Shown here: positions 32,956-41,540 of the stretch, in pieces
How the letters are laid out: each line of letters opens with the position of its first letter
Position numbering within the stretch: position 1 is the first letter of the stretch
Origin: Candidatus Marinacidobacterales bacterium
GTDB lineage: Bacteria; Acidobacteriota; Vicinamibacteria; Marinacidobacterales; DATDRI01
Length of the DNA: 64,000 nt
Direction of reading: 5' to 3'
NCBI GenBank assembly: GCA_965219415.1
Contig: CBDCNP010000002.1
Location: forward strand, 576,001 to 640,000
The notes under the pieces: generated by a model
Told to the model about the DNA's origin: nothing
The model's database searches: none
What the model saw: the letters and a program-made list of their open reading frames with translations, nothing else
Made by a program: the position numbers and the translations under genes

Positions 32956-33555
32956 GTGAGAACTCTTCTGGACGTAATCCAGGAGTGGGCCGCACTCAAC
33001 GACGCCAAGACGGTCGCGGGCGGCACGCTACCCCCCGCAGAAGAAAAACGCTGGGAAGATTTGAGGACGTTTTACGACTTTGTCATGGCGCAGGAAGGGC
33101 TTTGCGAAAAGCCAGCCAGTCGTTTCTCCGCCGACGACATCCGCAGCACGGTGACGACGCGGGATCGCCTTCGCGTGAACACCGACATGGAAATCGTTGT
33201 CATTAAGAACGGGACCGCCGAGCGCGCCCAAGTAAGAAACCTGAGCTGCGGAGGTGTGCTTCTGCTATGCGACACACCCTTCGATAAAGGACACGGACTC
33301 ACCGTCCAACTCGCCAGCGTCGCGAGGGGCGCGGGAATCCTGCCCGCGGAGAGTGAAGTGGTGTGGCTCGTCGATCAGGGGGTCTCCGACTTGTCGTTCC
33401 GCTACAAAATGGGGGCGCGTTTCCTCGACCTTGGGCACACCGAACGAACCAGCCTGGACTACTTCGTGGTGGACAGCCTCGAGAACAAGCTACTCTCGCT
33501 GCGCCGTGACGCATTGGACCCGGAGTTCCTTCGCCGAGAGCAGATCGTCCTGTAA
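32956..33555 (+). CDS. PilZ-domain protein
   Basis: 'RDRLRV' (RxxxR-like), 'NLSCGGVLL', 'SEVVW', 'MGARF'. Confidence 0.75.
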   Translation: MRTLLDVIQEWAALNDAKTVAGGTLPPAEEKRWEDLRTFYDFVMAQEGLCEKPASRFSADDIRSTVTTRDRLRVNTDMEIVVIKNGTAERAQVRNLSCGGVLLLCDTPFDKGHGLTVQLASVARGAGILPAESEVVWLVDQGVSDLSFRYKMGARFLDLGHTERTSLDYFVVDSLENKLLSLRRDALDPEFLRREQIVL

Positions 33556-33601
33556 GAACTTCCTCCTGGACGTCGAGTCCTCACCTGCTAAACTCCTCGC
33601 G

Positions 33602-34072
33602 ATGTCGCCTTTCTTGGGTGGAAAAGGGCTCGCCTGGGCAAAGCAGAACCTGCCACGGATTCCGCTTCTCGTAAACCTCGCTTGGGGCCTCCTCCGGGAT
33701 CCGAGGGTTCCGGTGTCCCTCAAGGCAGTCCTATTGGGAGTGCTCGCCTATGTGGCGAGCCCGCTGGACCTCATCCCGGATTTCATCCCGGTCCTAGGTC
33801 GAGTCGACGATCTACTGGTCCTGCTCGCGGCCATGGAAATGTTCACTCGGTTGGCTCCGCCCGAAGTCGTTGCCGAGATCGAAGAGAAGTACCGGGAAGG
33901 TCACGGCCCCCTCCGCACCGACTTGGAAGCCGCCGAGAAACACCTGGGGCGGCTTTGGACCTGGGCGGTCCCGAAGGTCGAGCGGCTTGCCCAGAAGTAC
34001 AAGAAGCGGGTGGACAACGAGGCCTTCGTTCGCGACGTCAAAGGAAAAACCCCTCCGCCGCCCAGCGCCTAA
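33602..34072 (+). CDS. YkvA/DUF1232-family membrane protein
   Basis: 'DPRVP..LK......AYVASPLDLIPDFIPVLGRVDD'. Confidence 0.9.
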   Translation: MSPFLGGKGLAWAKQNLPRIPLLVNLAWGLLRDPRVPVSLKAVLLGVLAYVASPLDLIPDFIPVLGRVDDLLVLLAAMEMFTRLAPPEVVAEIEEKYREGHGPLRTDLEAAEKHLGRLWTWAVPKVERLAQKYKKRVDNEAFVRDVKGKTPPPPSA

Positions 34073-34140
34073 TTCCTTGCCTCATCTCTGAGGCCGCGTT
34101 ACAATCCTCGCCGCTTTTGACACCTTCGAGAATGTTCAGA

Positions 34141-35508
34141 ATGGCAAGTAACGAGCCCGGAAGCGCGAGCCTTCGCTTCTGCTACGCGTCGGTCTTTTGG
34201 CTGATCGTGCCGGGCGTTTTCGGCCTGATTCTAGCCACTTTCTTGTACGTCCCAGCCCTGGCCGACCAGCTCCCTCTCTCCATCAAGCCGTACTTGAGCT
34301 TCGGCCGGCTGAGACCGGCTCACGTGAACCTCGCGATCTTCGGTTGGCTCTCGCAGGTCTATTATGCCGGCATCCTCTTCATTATCCCTCGGCTCCTCCG
34401 CACCGAGCTCTACAGCGAGCGGCTCGCCAACGTGAACTGGTGCCTCTGGAATCTCATGGTCGCCGCGACGCTTATCACTCTTCCGATGGGACACACCCAA
34501 GGCCGCGAGTACGCGGAGATGATATGGCCGCTCGATCTGCTGTTCATTCTGAACATCGTGCTGTTGGCGATCAACATCTGGGGAACCGTTTCCCGCCGGC
34601 GCGAGCCCAAGATCTACGTGAGCGTCTGGAACTTCATGGCGGCAACGATGGTCATGGTGCCCATCTACGCGGTCGGCAACAAGATTTGGGATCCCTCCGG
34701 TGCCTACTACGGCATGAACGACAACATCGTGAACTACTTCTATGTTCACAATCTATTCAACGCATGGTTTACGACCGCGGGGATCGGGCTGGCTCTTTAT
34801 CTTCTGCCGAAGCTCACCGGAAAAGCGCTCTACAGTCACCGCCTAGGACTCTGGGGACTCTGGAGCGTCTGGACCGGACAACATCACCAACTCTACAGCC
34901 CGGCGCCCGATTGGTTGGAGTACCTCACCATCGTCTTCAGCATTCTGGCAGCCGTGCCGACGACGGCGTTCATGGTCAACTTCTTCATGACCATGCGCAC
35001 ACGCTGGCACCTCGCCGCTCAAGACGTCGCGCTTCGTTTCTTTGCGACCGGAGCGATCTTCTGGGGGCTCACCTGCGTGCAAGGCATCTCTCACTCGTTT
35101 CGAACTTTTTCGATGGTCGTGCATTTTACGAACTGGGTGGTTGGACACTCGCACCTTGCCTTTATGGCGGCCTACAGTTTTTGGGCTTTCGCACTCATCT
35201 ATCTGATCGTGCCGACACTCAGCGGCCGAAACATCTACAGCAAGAAACTGATGGAGTGGCACTATTGGCTGACCACGCTCGGCATGTTGATCTTCATGAT
35301 CTCGATGTGGGTGGCGGGGCTCATCCAAGGACAAAACTGGTCTTCTTATACGATCCCGTTCCTGCAAACCGTGATATCGATGAAACCTTACTTCGGGGCT
35401 CGCCTTATTGGGGGCGCCATCGCCGGCATCGGGATCGGTTGCTTCGCGTGGAATATCTGGCGGACGGCGCGCAGCGGAACCCGTATTGCAAATGAGAGTA
35501 GACAATGA
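34141..35508 (+). CDS. ccoN: cbb3-type (C-family) heme-copper oxidase subunit I homologue with divergent active site
   Basis: 'FGRLRPAHVN', 'TQGREYAE', 'YVHNLFN', 'WTGQHH', 'HFTNWVVGHSH'; about 12 TM helices; all six His ligands present. Confidence 0.85.
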   Translation: MASNEPGSASLRFCYASVFWLIVPGVFGLILATFLYVPALADQLPLSIKPYLSFGRLRPAHVNLAIFGWLSQVYYAGILFIIPRLLRTELYSERLANVNWCLWNLMVAATLITLPMGHTQGREYAEMIWPLDLLFILNIVLLAINIWGTVSRRREPKIYVSVWNFMAATMVMVPIYAVGNKIWDPSGAYYGMNDNIVNYFYVHNLFNAWFTTAGIGLALYLLPKLTGKALYSHRLGLWGLWSVWTGQHHQLYSPAPDWLEYLTIVFSILAAVPTTAFMVNFFMTMRTRWHLAAQDVALRFFATGAIFWGLTCVQGISHSFRTFSMVVHFTNWVVGHSHLAFMAAYSFWAFALIYLIVPTLSGRNIYSKKLMEWHYWLTTLGMLIFMISMWVAGLIQGQNWSSYTIPFLQTVISMKPYFGARLIGGAIAGIGIGCFAWNIWRTARSGTRIANESRQ

Positions 35509-35990
35509 GACCTAACCTGGTCTACCTTATCGGCGGCTCCCTGATCAGCTTGTTGCTCGGGATTATCGTCACCATTATTATCCCTGCGCAGGATCCGATC
35601 GGGCCTTCGCCGTTGGCCCAATCCTATTCCGAAGAAGAATTGAGGGGGCGTGATATCTATCTACGTGAGGGGTGCCATTACTGCCATACCCAGCAAGTCC
35701 GTGAGCCCGAGGCGGATCGTGGGATGGTGCGCCAGCGAGGCGATATCGGACCCGAGTCCGTACCGGGAGATTTCTACTATCAGTCCCCGGTTTTCTGGGG
35801 CACCCTCCGCCAGGGCATGGACTTGGCTCACGTCGCCTCCCGGAAGGGTATCGGAGACAACGTGGGCTGGCATGAGGACCACTTCAAAAACCCCCGGGCG
35901 TGGTCGCCCGGAACGGTCATGCCGTCCTATGACTATCTGTCTGCGGAAGAGATTCAGGCGCTCACCGCATATATATTGACGTTGAGGTAG
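35505..35990 (+). CDS. ccoO: cbb3-type subunit II (monoheme cytochrome c)
   Basis: N-terminal TM; 'GRDIYLREGCHYCHTQQVR', 'RQGMDLA', 'MPSY'; ATGA overlap with ccoN. Confidence 0.85.
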   Translation: MRPNLVYLIGGSLISLLLGIIVTIIIPAQDPIGPSPLAQSYSEEELRGRDIYLREGCHYCHTQQVREPEADRGMVRQRGDIGPESVPGDFYYQSPVFWGTLRQGMDLAHVASRKGIGDNVGWHEDHFKNPRAWSPGTVMPSYDYLSAEEIQALTAYILTLR

Positions 35991-35994
35991 GTCT

Positions 35995-36156
35995 ATGGTG
36001 TTCCCCGCAACTTGGCTGGTGCTGGCGACGGTAGCCATCATCTTGGTGCTCTTCGGCCTCGGGTACTACTGGGCGCGGAGCCACGGGCAGTTCGACGACA
36101 TCGAGATGGCGAAGTACTCCATGCTCGATAACGACAAGACCAACGATGAGCACTAA
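35995..36156 (+). CDS. ccoS: cbb3 oxidase assembly protein CcoS/FixS (53 aa, absent from the ORF track)
   Basis: MVFPATWLVLATVAIILVLFGLGYYWARSHGQFDDIEMAKYSML..; the 'W....GQFDD' signature. Confidence 0.8.
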   Translation: MVFPATWLVLATVAIILVLFGLGYYWARSHGQFDDIEMAKYSMLDNDKTNDEH

Positions 36157-36397
36157 AGGAGCGCGGGAAGTACCGCCGGGCCACGACGATTTCGGGGGTG
36201 AGGTGCTGGTCGCCAACGGAAAACCGCCGCGTTGGGTGACCAAGGTTCCCTATCTGGCAATGGCGTTGGCGCTCGGGTACTACGCGCTGGTCCAGGCCAC
36301 CGATCCGGTAAACCTGGTCTTTGCGTCACTGTTCGTGATTTGGTTTCTCTACACACCCATTGCCCAGAAGAAGGGCTGGTTTTTCATCCCGATGTGA
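36146..36397 (+). CDS. Small two-TM membrane protein in the cco operon
   Basis: Overlaps ccoS end; 'N.KPPRW' followed by two hydrophobic helices. Confidence 0.6.
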   Translation: MSTKGAREVPPGHDDFGGEVLVANGKPPRWVTKVPYLAMALALGYYALVQATDPVNLVFASLFVIWFLYTPIAQKKGWFFIPM

Positions 36398-36493
36398 CAT
36401 GCCGAGGGGAGGTGACATCGATCAAATAGATTGAACAACTGCTTAGTGTGTCTCATCTTTTTTCAATTCACGCATTGAACTTGGAGGAAAGAA

Positions 36494-36928
36494 ATGGCCG
36501 ACAGAGCCGAACAAGCAAACAAGTATATGGAAGAGAAGATGTTCTTCACTCCCCGCATGTTCAAAGTAACCAACACGCTGGCACCGGAAGTCGGGGAGCG
36601 CTTCGCCGATTTTTACGAGTCGGTGTGGGCGGACGGCAACCTGCCCCGCAAGATCAAAGAGCTAATGTTCGTCTCCATTGGCGTGGCTTACATGTCGCCA
36701 CGCTGCATCATCCACGTTCAGCCCGCCATCAAGGCCGGTGCCACGGACGGCGAGATCTTCGAGTCAGTGTCGGTCGGTATGCTGGCGGCTGGGTTCGTGC
36801 CCGGCGGACCAGGCATCCCCTATGCCTTCGAATATGCCGCCAAGACGCTGGACATTGCAGCCAAGATCCGTAAGGGCGAAGACTTCGAGTATCTCCCTGG
36901 ACCCAAGTTCGACAAGGGCGTCGGCTAA
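36494..36928 (+). CDS. Carboxymuconolactone decarboxylase (CMD/AhpD) family protein
   Basis: 'GNLPRKIKELMFVSIGV....RCIIH...AIKAGATDGEI'; GGAGG RBS. Confidence 0.85.
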   Translation: MADRAEQANKYMEEKMFFTPRMFKVTNTLAPEVGERFADFYESVWADGNLPRKIKELMFVSIGVAYMSPRCIIHVQPAIKAGATDGEIFESVSVGMLAAGFVPGGPGIPYAFEYAAKTLDIAAKIRKGEDFEYLPGPKFDKGVG

Positions 36929-36943
36929 GGACAACCGTCTCTG

Positions 36944-36990
36944 CGCAGACGGGGGTCGGACAAACTTAGGGCTCCCGTCTGCTTTCTCTT
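36944..36990 (+). terminator. GC hairpin with pyrimidine tail (possible terminator or processing stem)
   Basis: GCAGACGGG...CCCGTCTGC followed by TTTCTCTT. Confidence 0.4.
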
Positions 36991-37007
36991 CTAAGACAGA
37001 ACAACAC

Positions 37008-37814
37008 ATGAGTGAGCAGAAATTTCCTAATGACGGTCTTCTGGTCGGCTCCGCCTGGCTGGCCGACCATTTGAACGATGCGGATTTGCGACTGGTGGAA
37101 GTGACGGCGCCCGGTGCCGGATACAAGTTCGGGCATGTCGCAGGCGCCGTCTATCTGAATCTCGACGATGTGTTGACCGGGAAAGCCACCGGCGTCGAGC
37201 GAACGGTGGGCCCCATCGAAGAAGTGGCCGCCCTCCTTGGCCGACTGGGCCTTTCCCGAGACAAGACGATCGTCGTCTACGACGAGTTCGGGGGTACCCG
37301 GGCCTCACAAGCTTTTTGGCTTCTCGAGTACTTGGGCTGTGAGCAGGTGCATTCACTGGAAGGCGGCATCGAACGCTGGCTCGCCGAAAACCGCCCGACG
37401 ACGAGCGAGGCGCCCGATGTCCGAGAGGCGACCTTTACTCCCGCGATTCGTGAAGAGCGTCTCGCAACCGCGGATTGGATCTTGGATCGCCTAGAGAATT
37501 CCGATGTATCGGTCATCGACGCTCGCTCACCCGAGGAGTACGAAGACGGCCATATCCCGGGGGCCAGGAATCGATCCTGGGACAAGACTTTAGCGCGAAA
37601 AGCCTACCAGGCCTTTCGATCGCCCGAAGACCTAAAACGTGAATTCTCCGAGCTGGGTGCAAGCGAAGACAAAGAGATCGTCGCCTACTGCATGACGGGC
37701 GCGCGCTCCTCACACATCTACCTCGCTTTGCGTCTGTTGGGTTACACTCGGGTCCGGAATTATGACGGGTCCTGGACGGAATGGGGGTCCAGACGGGACC
37801 TACCAAAGGCCTGA
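37008..37814 (+). CDS. Two-domain sulfurtransferase (rhodanese/TST-MST family)
   Basis: 'GHVAGAV', 'IDARSPEEY..GHIPGA', active loop 'YCMTGARS', C-terminal 'NYDGSWTEW'. Confidence 0.92.
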   Translation: MSEQKFPNDGLLVGSAWLADHLNDADLRLVEVTAPGAGYKFGHVAGAVYLNLDDVLTGKATGVERTVGPIEEVAALLGRLGLSRDKTIVVYDEFGGTRASQAFWLLEYLGCEQVHSLEGGIERWLAENRPTTSEAPDVREATFTPAIREERLATADWILDRLENSDVSVIDARSPEEYEDGHIPGARNRSWDKTLARKAYQAFRSPEDLKREFSELGASEDKEIVAYCMTGARSSHIYLALRLLGYTRVRNYDGSWTEWGSRRDLPKA

Positions 37815-37892
37815 CAAGCCTGAAAGGCCTGACAGAGCTGACGCGTAACCGCGTTGCAAGGCCGGTAATTTCATCTTAGGAGGATTAGGAAA

Positions 37893-39065
37893 ATGGCTAC
37901 CAGTCAACTACCGCTGTTCCCGGTTACCGTCGTGGGCAGCTGGCCGAGACCCCAGTATCTCTTGGACGCGCTCAGGAAGCGCCAAAAGGGGAAGCTGAGC
38001 TTCGAAGAGTTTCAGAAAGTCGCCGACAAGGCGGTGTTGGAGCAGCTACGCTACCAAGACGAAGCGGGCGTCGACATTGTCAGCGATGGCGAGCAACGCC
38101 GAGACAATTTCTACTCGTTCGTCGTAGAGAAGCTGGACGGCGTCGAGCTGATGACCTTGGCGGATCTCATGGACCACGTCGAGGACAAAGCGGGGTTCGA
38201 CTCCATCCTGCGCAGCATGGACGCTCCGGCCTTCGGTATCAAGAACCCGACGGTAACCGGAAAGATAAAACCCAAGATGTCGCTGTCGCTCGACGAGTAC
38301 GAGTTCCTGAAACAGCATACCGACAAGCCCATCAAAATTCCCCTCCCTGGCCCATACATCTTGATCCGATCCATGTGGGTCAAAGGCGTCTCGGACAAGA
38401 TCTACCCCACCCAGGAAGATCTGGCCGTGGATATCGTCAAAATTCTTCGTGACGAGCTCATCGCCCTTCGTGATGCCGGAGTCGACTTCGTGCAATTCGA
38501 CGAACCCGTGCTCACCGACGTCGCTTTCAACCCTGCGGTGAAGGAACGCACGTTCATGTGCGCCTCGATGGCGGCGTCCTCGGGTGATCCGACCAAAGAG
38601 CTCCTGCTGGCGACGCGCATGATGAACAGTATCGTCGACGGCGTCGATGGCATCCGCACCGGCGTCCACGTGTGCCGTGGTAACTGGAGCCGCAAGGACG
38701 AGGTGTTGCTCAAGGGAAGCTATGAGCCGCTGGTCCCGACCATGATGGGGATGCATCTCGATCAGCTCGTCCTCGAGTACGCAACACCGCGTGCCGGTGA
38801 GCTCGCGGCCTTCTCGCACCATCCCAAGGAAAAGGAGATCGGACTGGGCGTTGTCAATCCTCGAACCGACGAGATGGAGTCGCCGGACTCGGTGGTCGAG
38901 CGAGTCAACGAGGCCCTGAAGTACTTCAAGCCCGAGCAGATTTATCTCAACCCCGATTGCGGTTTCGGAACCTTCGCCGAGCGGCCGATGAATCCTGCAG
39001 GGATCGCGGGAAAGAAATTGGCCGTCATCGGTGAGGCGGCCAAGAAGCTCCGTGCAAGCCACTAG
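37893..39065 (+). CDS. Single-barrel cobalamin-independent methionine synthase II family (MetE-like) Zn thiol alkyltransferase
   Basis: 'VVGSWPRP', 'DGEQRR', 'QFDEP', Zn ligands HVC(RGN), E(YA), NPDCGF; no N-terminal folate-binding barrel. Confidence 0.88.
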   Translation: MATSQLPLFPVTVVGSWPRPQYLLDALRKRQKGKLSFEEFQKVADKAVLEQLRYQDEAGVDIVSDGEQRRDNFYSFVVEKLDGVELMTLADLMDHVEDKAGFDSILRSMDAPAFGIKNPTVTGKIKPKMSLSLDEYEFLKQHTDKPIKIPLPGPYILIRSMWVKGVSDKIYPTQEDLAVDIVKILRDELIALRDAGVDFVQFDEPVLTDVAFNPAVKERTFMCASMAASSGDPTKELLLATRMMNSIVDGVDGIRTGVHVCRGNWSRKDEVLLKGSYEPLVPTMMGMHLDQLVLEYATPRAGELAAFSHHPKEKEIGLGVVNPRTDEMESPDSVVERVNEALKYFKPEQIYLNPDCGFGTFAERPMNPAGIAGKKLAVIGEAAKKLRASH

Positions 39066-39145
39066 CAGGGTGCTGAAAAATTCGCGGCACACTGCGCGAG
39101 GAGCCATCAGCTGTCCCGAAGCCGCTTGCCAGAAGGAACGGGGGG

Positions 39146-39232
39146 GGCCCCGCCGCACTGATGAAGGAGCGAACCCGCGTGGGCCGTCAAACTAGGTCGT
39201 TGCTGAAACTGGACGTGACCAGGCGGCGGGCC
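39146..39232 (+). ncRNA. Hammerhead-like three-way-junction motif, cleavage triplet missing
   Basis: Stem GGCCcCGCCGC/GCGGCGGGCC, CTGATGA (39158-64), stem II, GAAA (39205-08), stem CTGG/CCAG. Confidence 0.3.
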
Positions 39233-39315
39233 GATGAAAGTTCGCCGAGCGAAGAGCGAGGCGCCAAGCGCGCGAACGAGGAGTGAGCGCGCATTGAGCA
39301 TAGGATGAAAGAGTT

Positions 39316-39843
39316 ATGGAAGAATCGACCAAAATTAACGGGTTGGACATTGAGGAGACCCGGGAAGCCATCAAGACCGTAAGCGCCGTGGAGGGGGCAC
39401 CGAAGGCCCCCAAGAAATCACGGTGCAAATGGTTGACCGGTCTCAAATTCAGGACCTACGTACGGAACCACGTCTTCCTCGTCGATGAGCCCGCACACCT
39501 CGCGGGCGAGGATGAAAGCCCTAACTCGATGGAGTATGTGCTGGGAGCCTACGCCGCGTGTTTGGCCACCGGCTTCGTTCTCAACGCCAGCCAGAAGGGT
39601 ATCGAAATCCACAACCTCGAAGTGGCCGTGGACTCGACTCAGAACAACGTATTCACGTTTCTGGGTCTGGGGGGCGAAGGACACGCCGGGTTCGACACTA
39701 TCAACGCCAAGCTCTTCGTTCAGGCCGATGCGGACGAGGCCACGCTAAAAGACGTTTGGGCCCAGACCGTGGACACCTCTCCGGTGCACAACTCTCTGGC
39801 CCGGCCGGTGACCATCAATCCTGAGGTCGAGATCATTCCGTAG
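39316..39843 (+). CDS. OsmC/Ohr-family protein
   Basis: 'VDEPAHLAGEDESPNSMEYVLGAYAACL', 'TSPVHNSL..PV'; single active Cys. Confidence 0.88.
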   Translation: MEESTKINGLDIEETREAIKTVSAVEGAPKAPKKSRCKWLTGLKFRTYVRNHVFLVDEPAHLAGEDESPNSMEYVLGAYAACLATGFVLNASQKGIEIHNLEVAVDSTQNNVFTFLGLGGEGHAGFDTINAKLFVQADADEATLKDVWAQTVDTSPVHNSLARPVTINPEVEIIP

Positions 39844-39915
39844 CTCCTAGGTCAGATTTCGGATCGCCGCCTGGCCTGCCTCGGACCCCCAAGGTCTGGT
39901 CTGCCTGACCCGAAA

Positions 39916-41316
39916 CTACCCTCCGGAAGCCTGGGGAGTGAGGGTGTATCCGAGAGCTTCGGCTGCCTTTTGTAAACCGTTGATGTGGTTTTGGCGAAAA
40001 CGGTCTTCGAAGGCGCGTTCGCCGATATCGATGTAATCGTGGCCATATTTGAGCATGCGGAAGACGAGCTGGGCGAGCTTGCGTGCTGTAGCAAAGACGG
40101 CGGTTTTGCCATCTTTACGGCGAGCAGTGCGGCGATAGTAAGCGCCTAGGGCGGTCTTGGAGCGGGAGAGAGATACAGCGGCCATACGTAAGGCACCGGC
40201 GATGCGATTGGAGCCGGCGCCGTTGCGGCGTTTGGAGAGTTGTTTACCGCCGGAGATAGGGCGACGTGGGGCGAGATGTAGCCATGAGACGAAGAATTTT
40301 TCGAAAGGGAAATCAGAGAGGTCGAATCCGATCTCGGTGAGGACAATGGCGGCGGTGGTTGGACTGATTCCGTCGATCCTGGTGAGGTCGCATCCAGCAA
40401 AACGCCACAGCTCGTTGCGCAGTTCGCTCTCGCCCCGATGCTGCATGTCGTATCGTTTTTGCGGATTTGGATGAGCTGGCACGTTGTGGTGTCTGCGTTG
40501 TGGCGGCTGGAGTTCGATGAGCACTTCAAGGATACGCTGGTCGAACAGTTCGACTTCGGCTTGTAGCGCATCGTAGAGACGCAGAGCCGATGCGAGGTTG
40601 AAAAGATGCTCGTCACGCCAAGTGCCGGTAAGATGCTCGGCGATCTCCTCTTCGCTCTTCTTGCAGCGTTGGTCACGAAATGCAGCCAGCTTTGACGGGT
40701 CACGCTCACCATCAACGATGGCGCGCACGATGAGCATGCCTGTGACGCCGGTAATGTCGGTCACTGCACGATGGACCTGAACGTTCATTTGGTCCAGAGA
40801 TTTCTGTATCCATTGAATAGCTCGACTACACTGCTCGATGAGGCTGCAACGCTGTCGGTGAAGCGAGCGTAGGCGGCAGATCGACTCACCAGGACGAAAC
40901 GAGCCTCGCAACAGACCACAGCTGTGTAACAGCTGCAGCCACTGACAGTCATGCATATCGGTTTTACGCCCGGGGACGTTTTTTAACTGTCGAGCATTTA
41001 CCAGCACCACTTCAAGACCCCGCGATTCAAGCAACTCATAAATCGGAATCCAATAGACGTAGGTGCTTTCCATCGCAACCGATTCGACTCCTTGCTCGAT
41101 GAGCCAATCCCCCATTTGATTCAAAGACGGTGTCGTTGGGGAAAACACCCGCACGTTCACTTTACCGTCCGACAAGGCCGGCCCACATACCCAATGCTCA
41201 CGACTGCCAATATCGATGCCTGCTACCTTCGACCTTGTCACCGGCAGCGATTGCGGCGACAGATTCTTCGACTTCCTACCACTCTTTTTCACGCGCTTGT
41301 GCATCACTGACCTCAC
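39916..41316 (-). CDS. IS110-family DEDD transposase/recombinase
   Basis: 'AGIDIG', 'MESTYVYW', 'KTDMHDCQWL', 'ISGGK' (catalytic Ser), 'ATARKLA'; intact ORF. Confidence 0.92.
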   Translation of the reverse strand: MRSVMHKRVKKSGRKSKNLSPQSLPVTRSKVAGIDIGSREHWVCGPALSDGKVNVRVFSPTTPSLNQMGDWLIEQGVESVAMESTYVYWIPIYELLESRGLEVVLVNARQLKNVPGRKTDMHDCQWLQLLHSCGLLRGSFRPGESICRLRSLHRQRCSLIEQCSRAIQWIQKSLDQMNVQVHRAVTDITGVTGMLIVRAIVDGERDPSKLAAFRDQRCKKSEEEIAEHLTGTWRDEHLFNLASALRLYDALQAEVELFDQRILEVLIELQPPQRRHHNVPAHPNPQKRYDMQHRGESELRNELWRFAGCDLTRIDGISPTTAAIVLTEIGFDLSDFPFEKFFVSWLHLAPRRPISGGKQLSKRRNGAGSNRIAGALRMAAVSLSRSKTALGAYYRRTARRKDGKTAVFATARKLAQLVFRMLKYGHDYIDIGERAFEDRFRQNHINGLQKAAEALGYTLTPQASGG

Positions 41317-41329
41317 ATGTATTTTGTGA

Positions 41330-41490
41330 GTGAAGGCTCCGGCCCGAGATGGCGATTGTTAGGATTCTGACCCTGGGGAGTGCTTCCGTTCAAAGCCTCG
41401 CCAATGATAGGGAGCCGGATCGGACCCAAGCTCGTCCTGGGGCATTAGTGCACCAGTGGTGCTACGGGGTTTAGCTGCCGGGGCCTTCAC
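41330..41490 (-). ncRNA. Candidate IS110 bridge RNA in the non-coding upstream end
   Basis: Closed by a 14-bp IR (41330-43 / 41477-90); contains short copies of both junction sequences. Confidence 0.5.
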
Positions 41491-41540
41491 CGACAACCCT
41501 TTTATCAGCTCAGGTAGTTTCTCGCCTGATAGGGCCGGCC

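Larger units (their letters stand above)
39903..41529 (-). mobile_element. IS110-family element (bridge-recombinase type)
   Basis: GCCTGA at both ends (39903-08, 41524-29); subterminal IR GAAACTACC (39912-20) / GGTAGTTTC (41513-21); DEDD transposase inside. Confidence 0.8.

Noticed and set aside
33682-34140. N-terminal extension of the 608-aa ccoN ORF
   Set aside because: It overlaps the YkvA gene in another frame and has no oxidase similarity.
34141-36397. Ordinary cbb3 cytochrome c oxidase operon
   Set aside because: No ccoP/ccoQ and the active-site Tyr segment is missing; kept as a divergent homologue.
37808-37845. Short GCCTGA(C) repeats after the rhodanese gene as a CRISPR or tandem array
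   Set aside because: Only three or four 6-7-bp units with irregular short spacing and no cas genes; the match to the IS110 core hexamer may be chance.
37893-39065. Calling this canonical metE or canonical epoxyalkane:CoM transferase (etnE/xecA)
   Set aside because: It is half the length of MetE (no folate barrel), and I cannot recognise EtnE-specific sequence; only the family is supported.
39215-39260. SAM-I or glycine riboswitch next to the MetE-like gene (GGCCGATGAAA resembles part of the SAM-I core)
   Set aside because: Other conserved elements (ATC..GAG, GAGGGA, GCAACC) are absent and the site is downstream of the gene.
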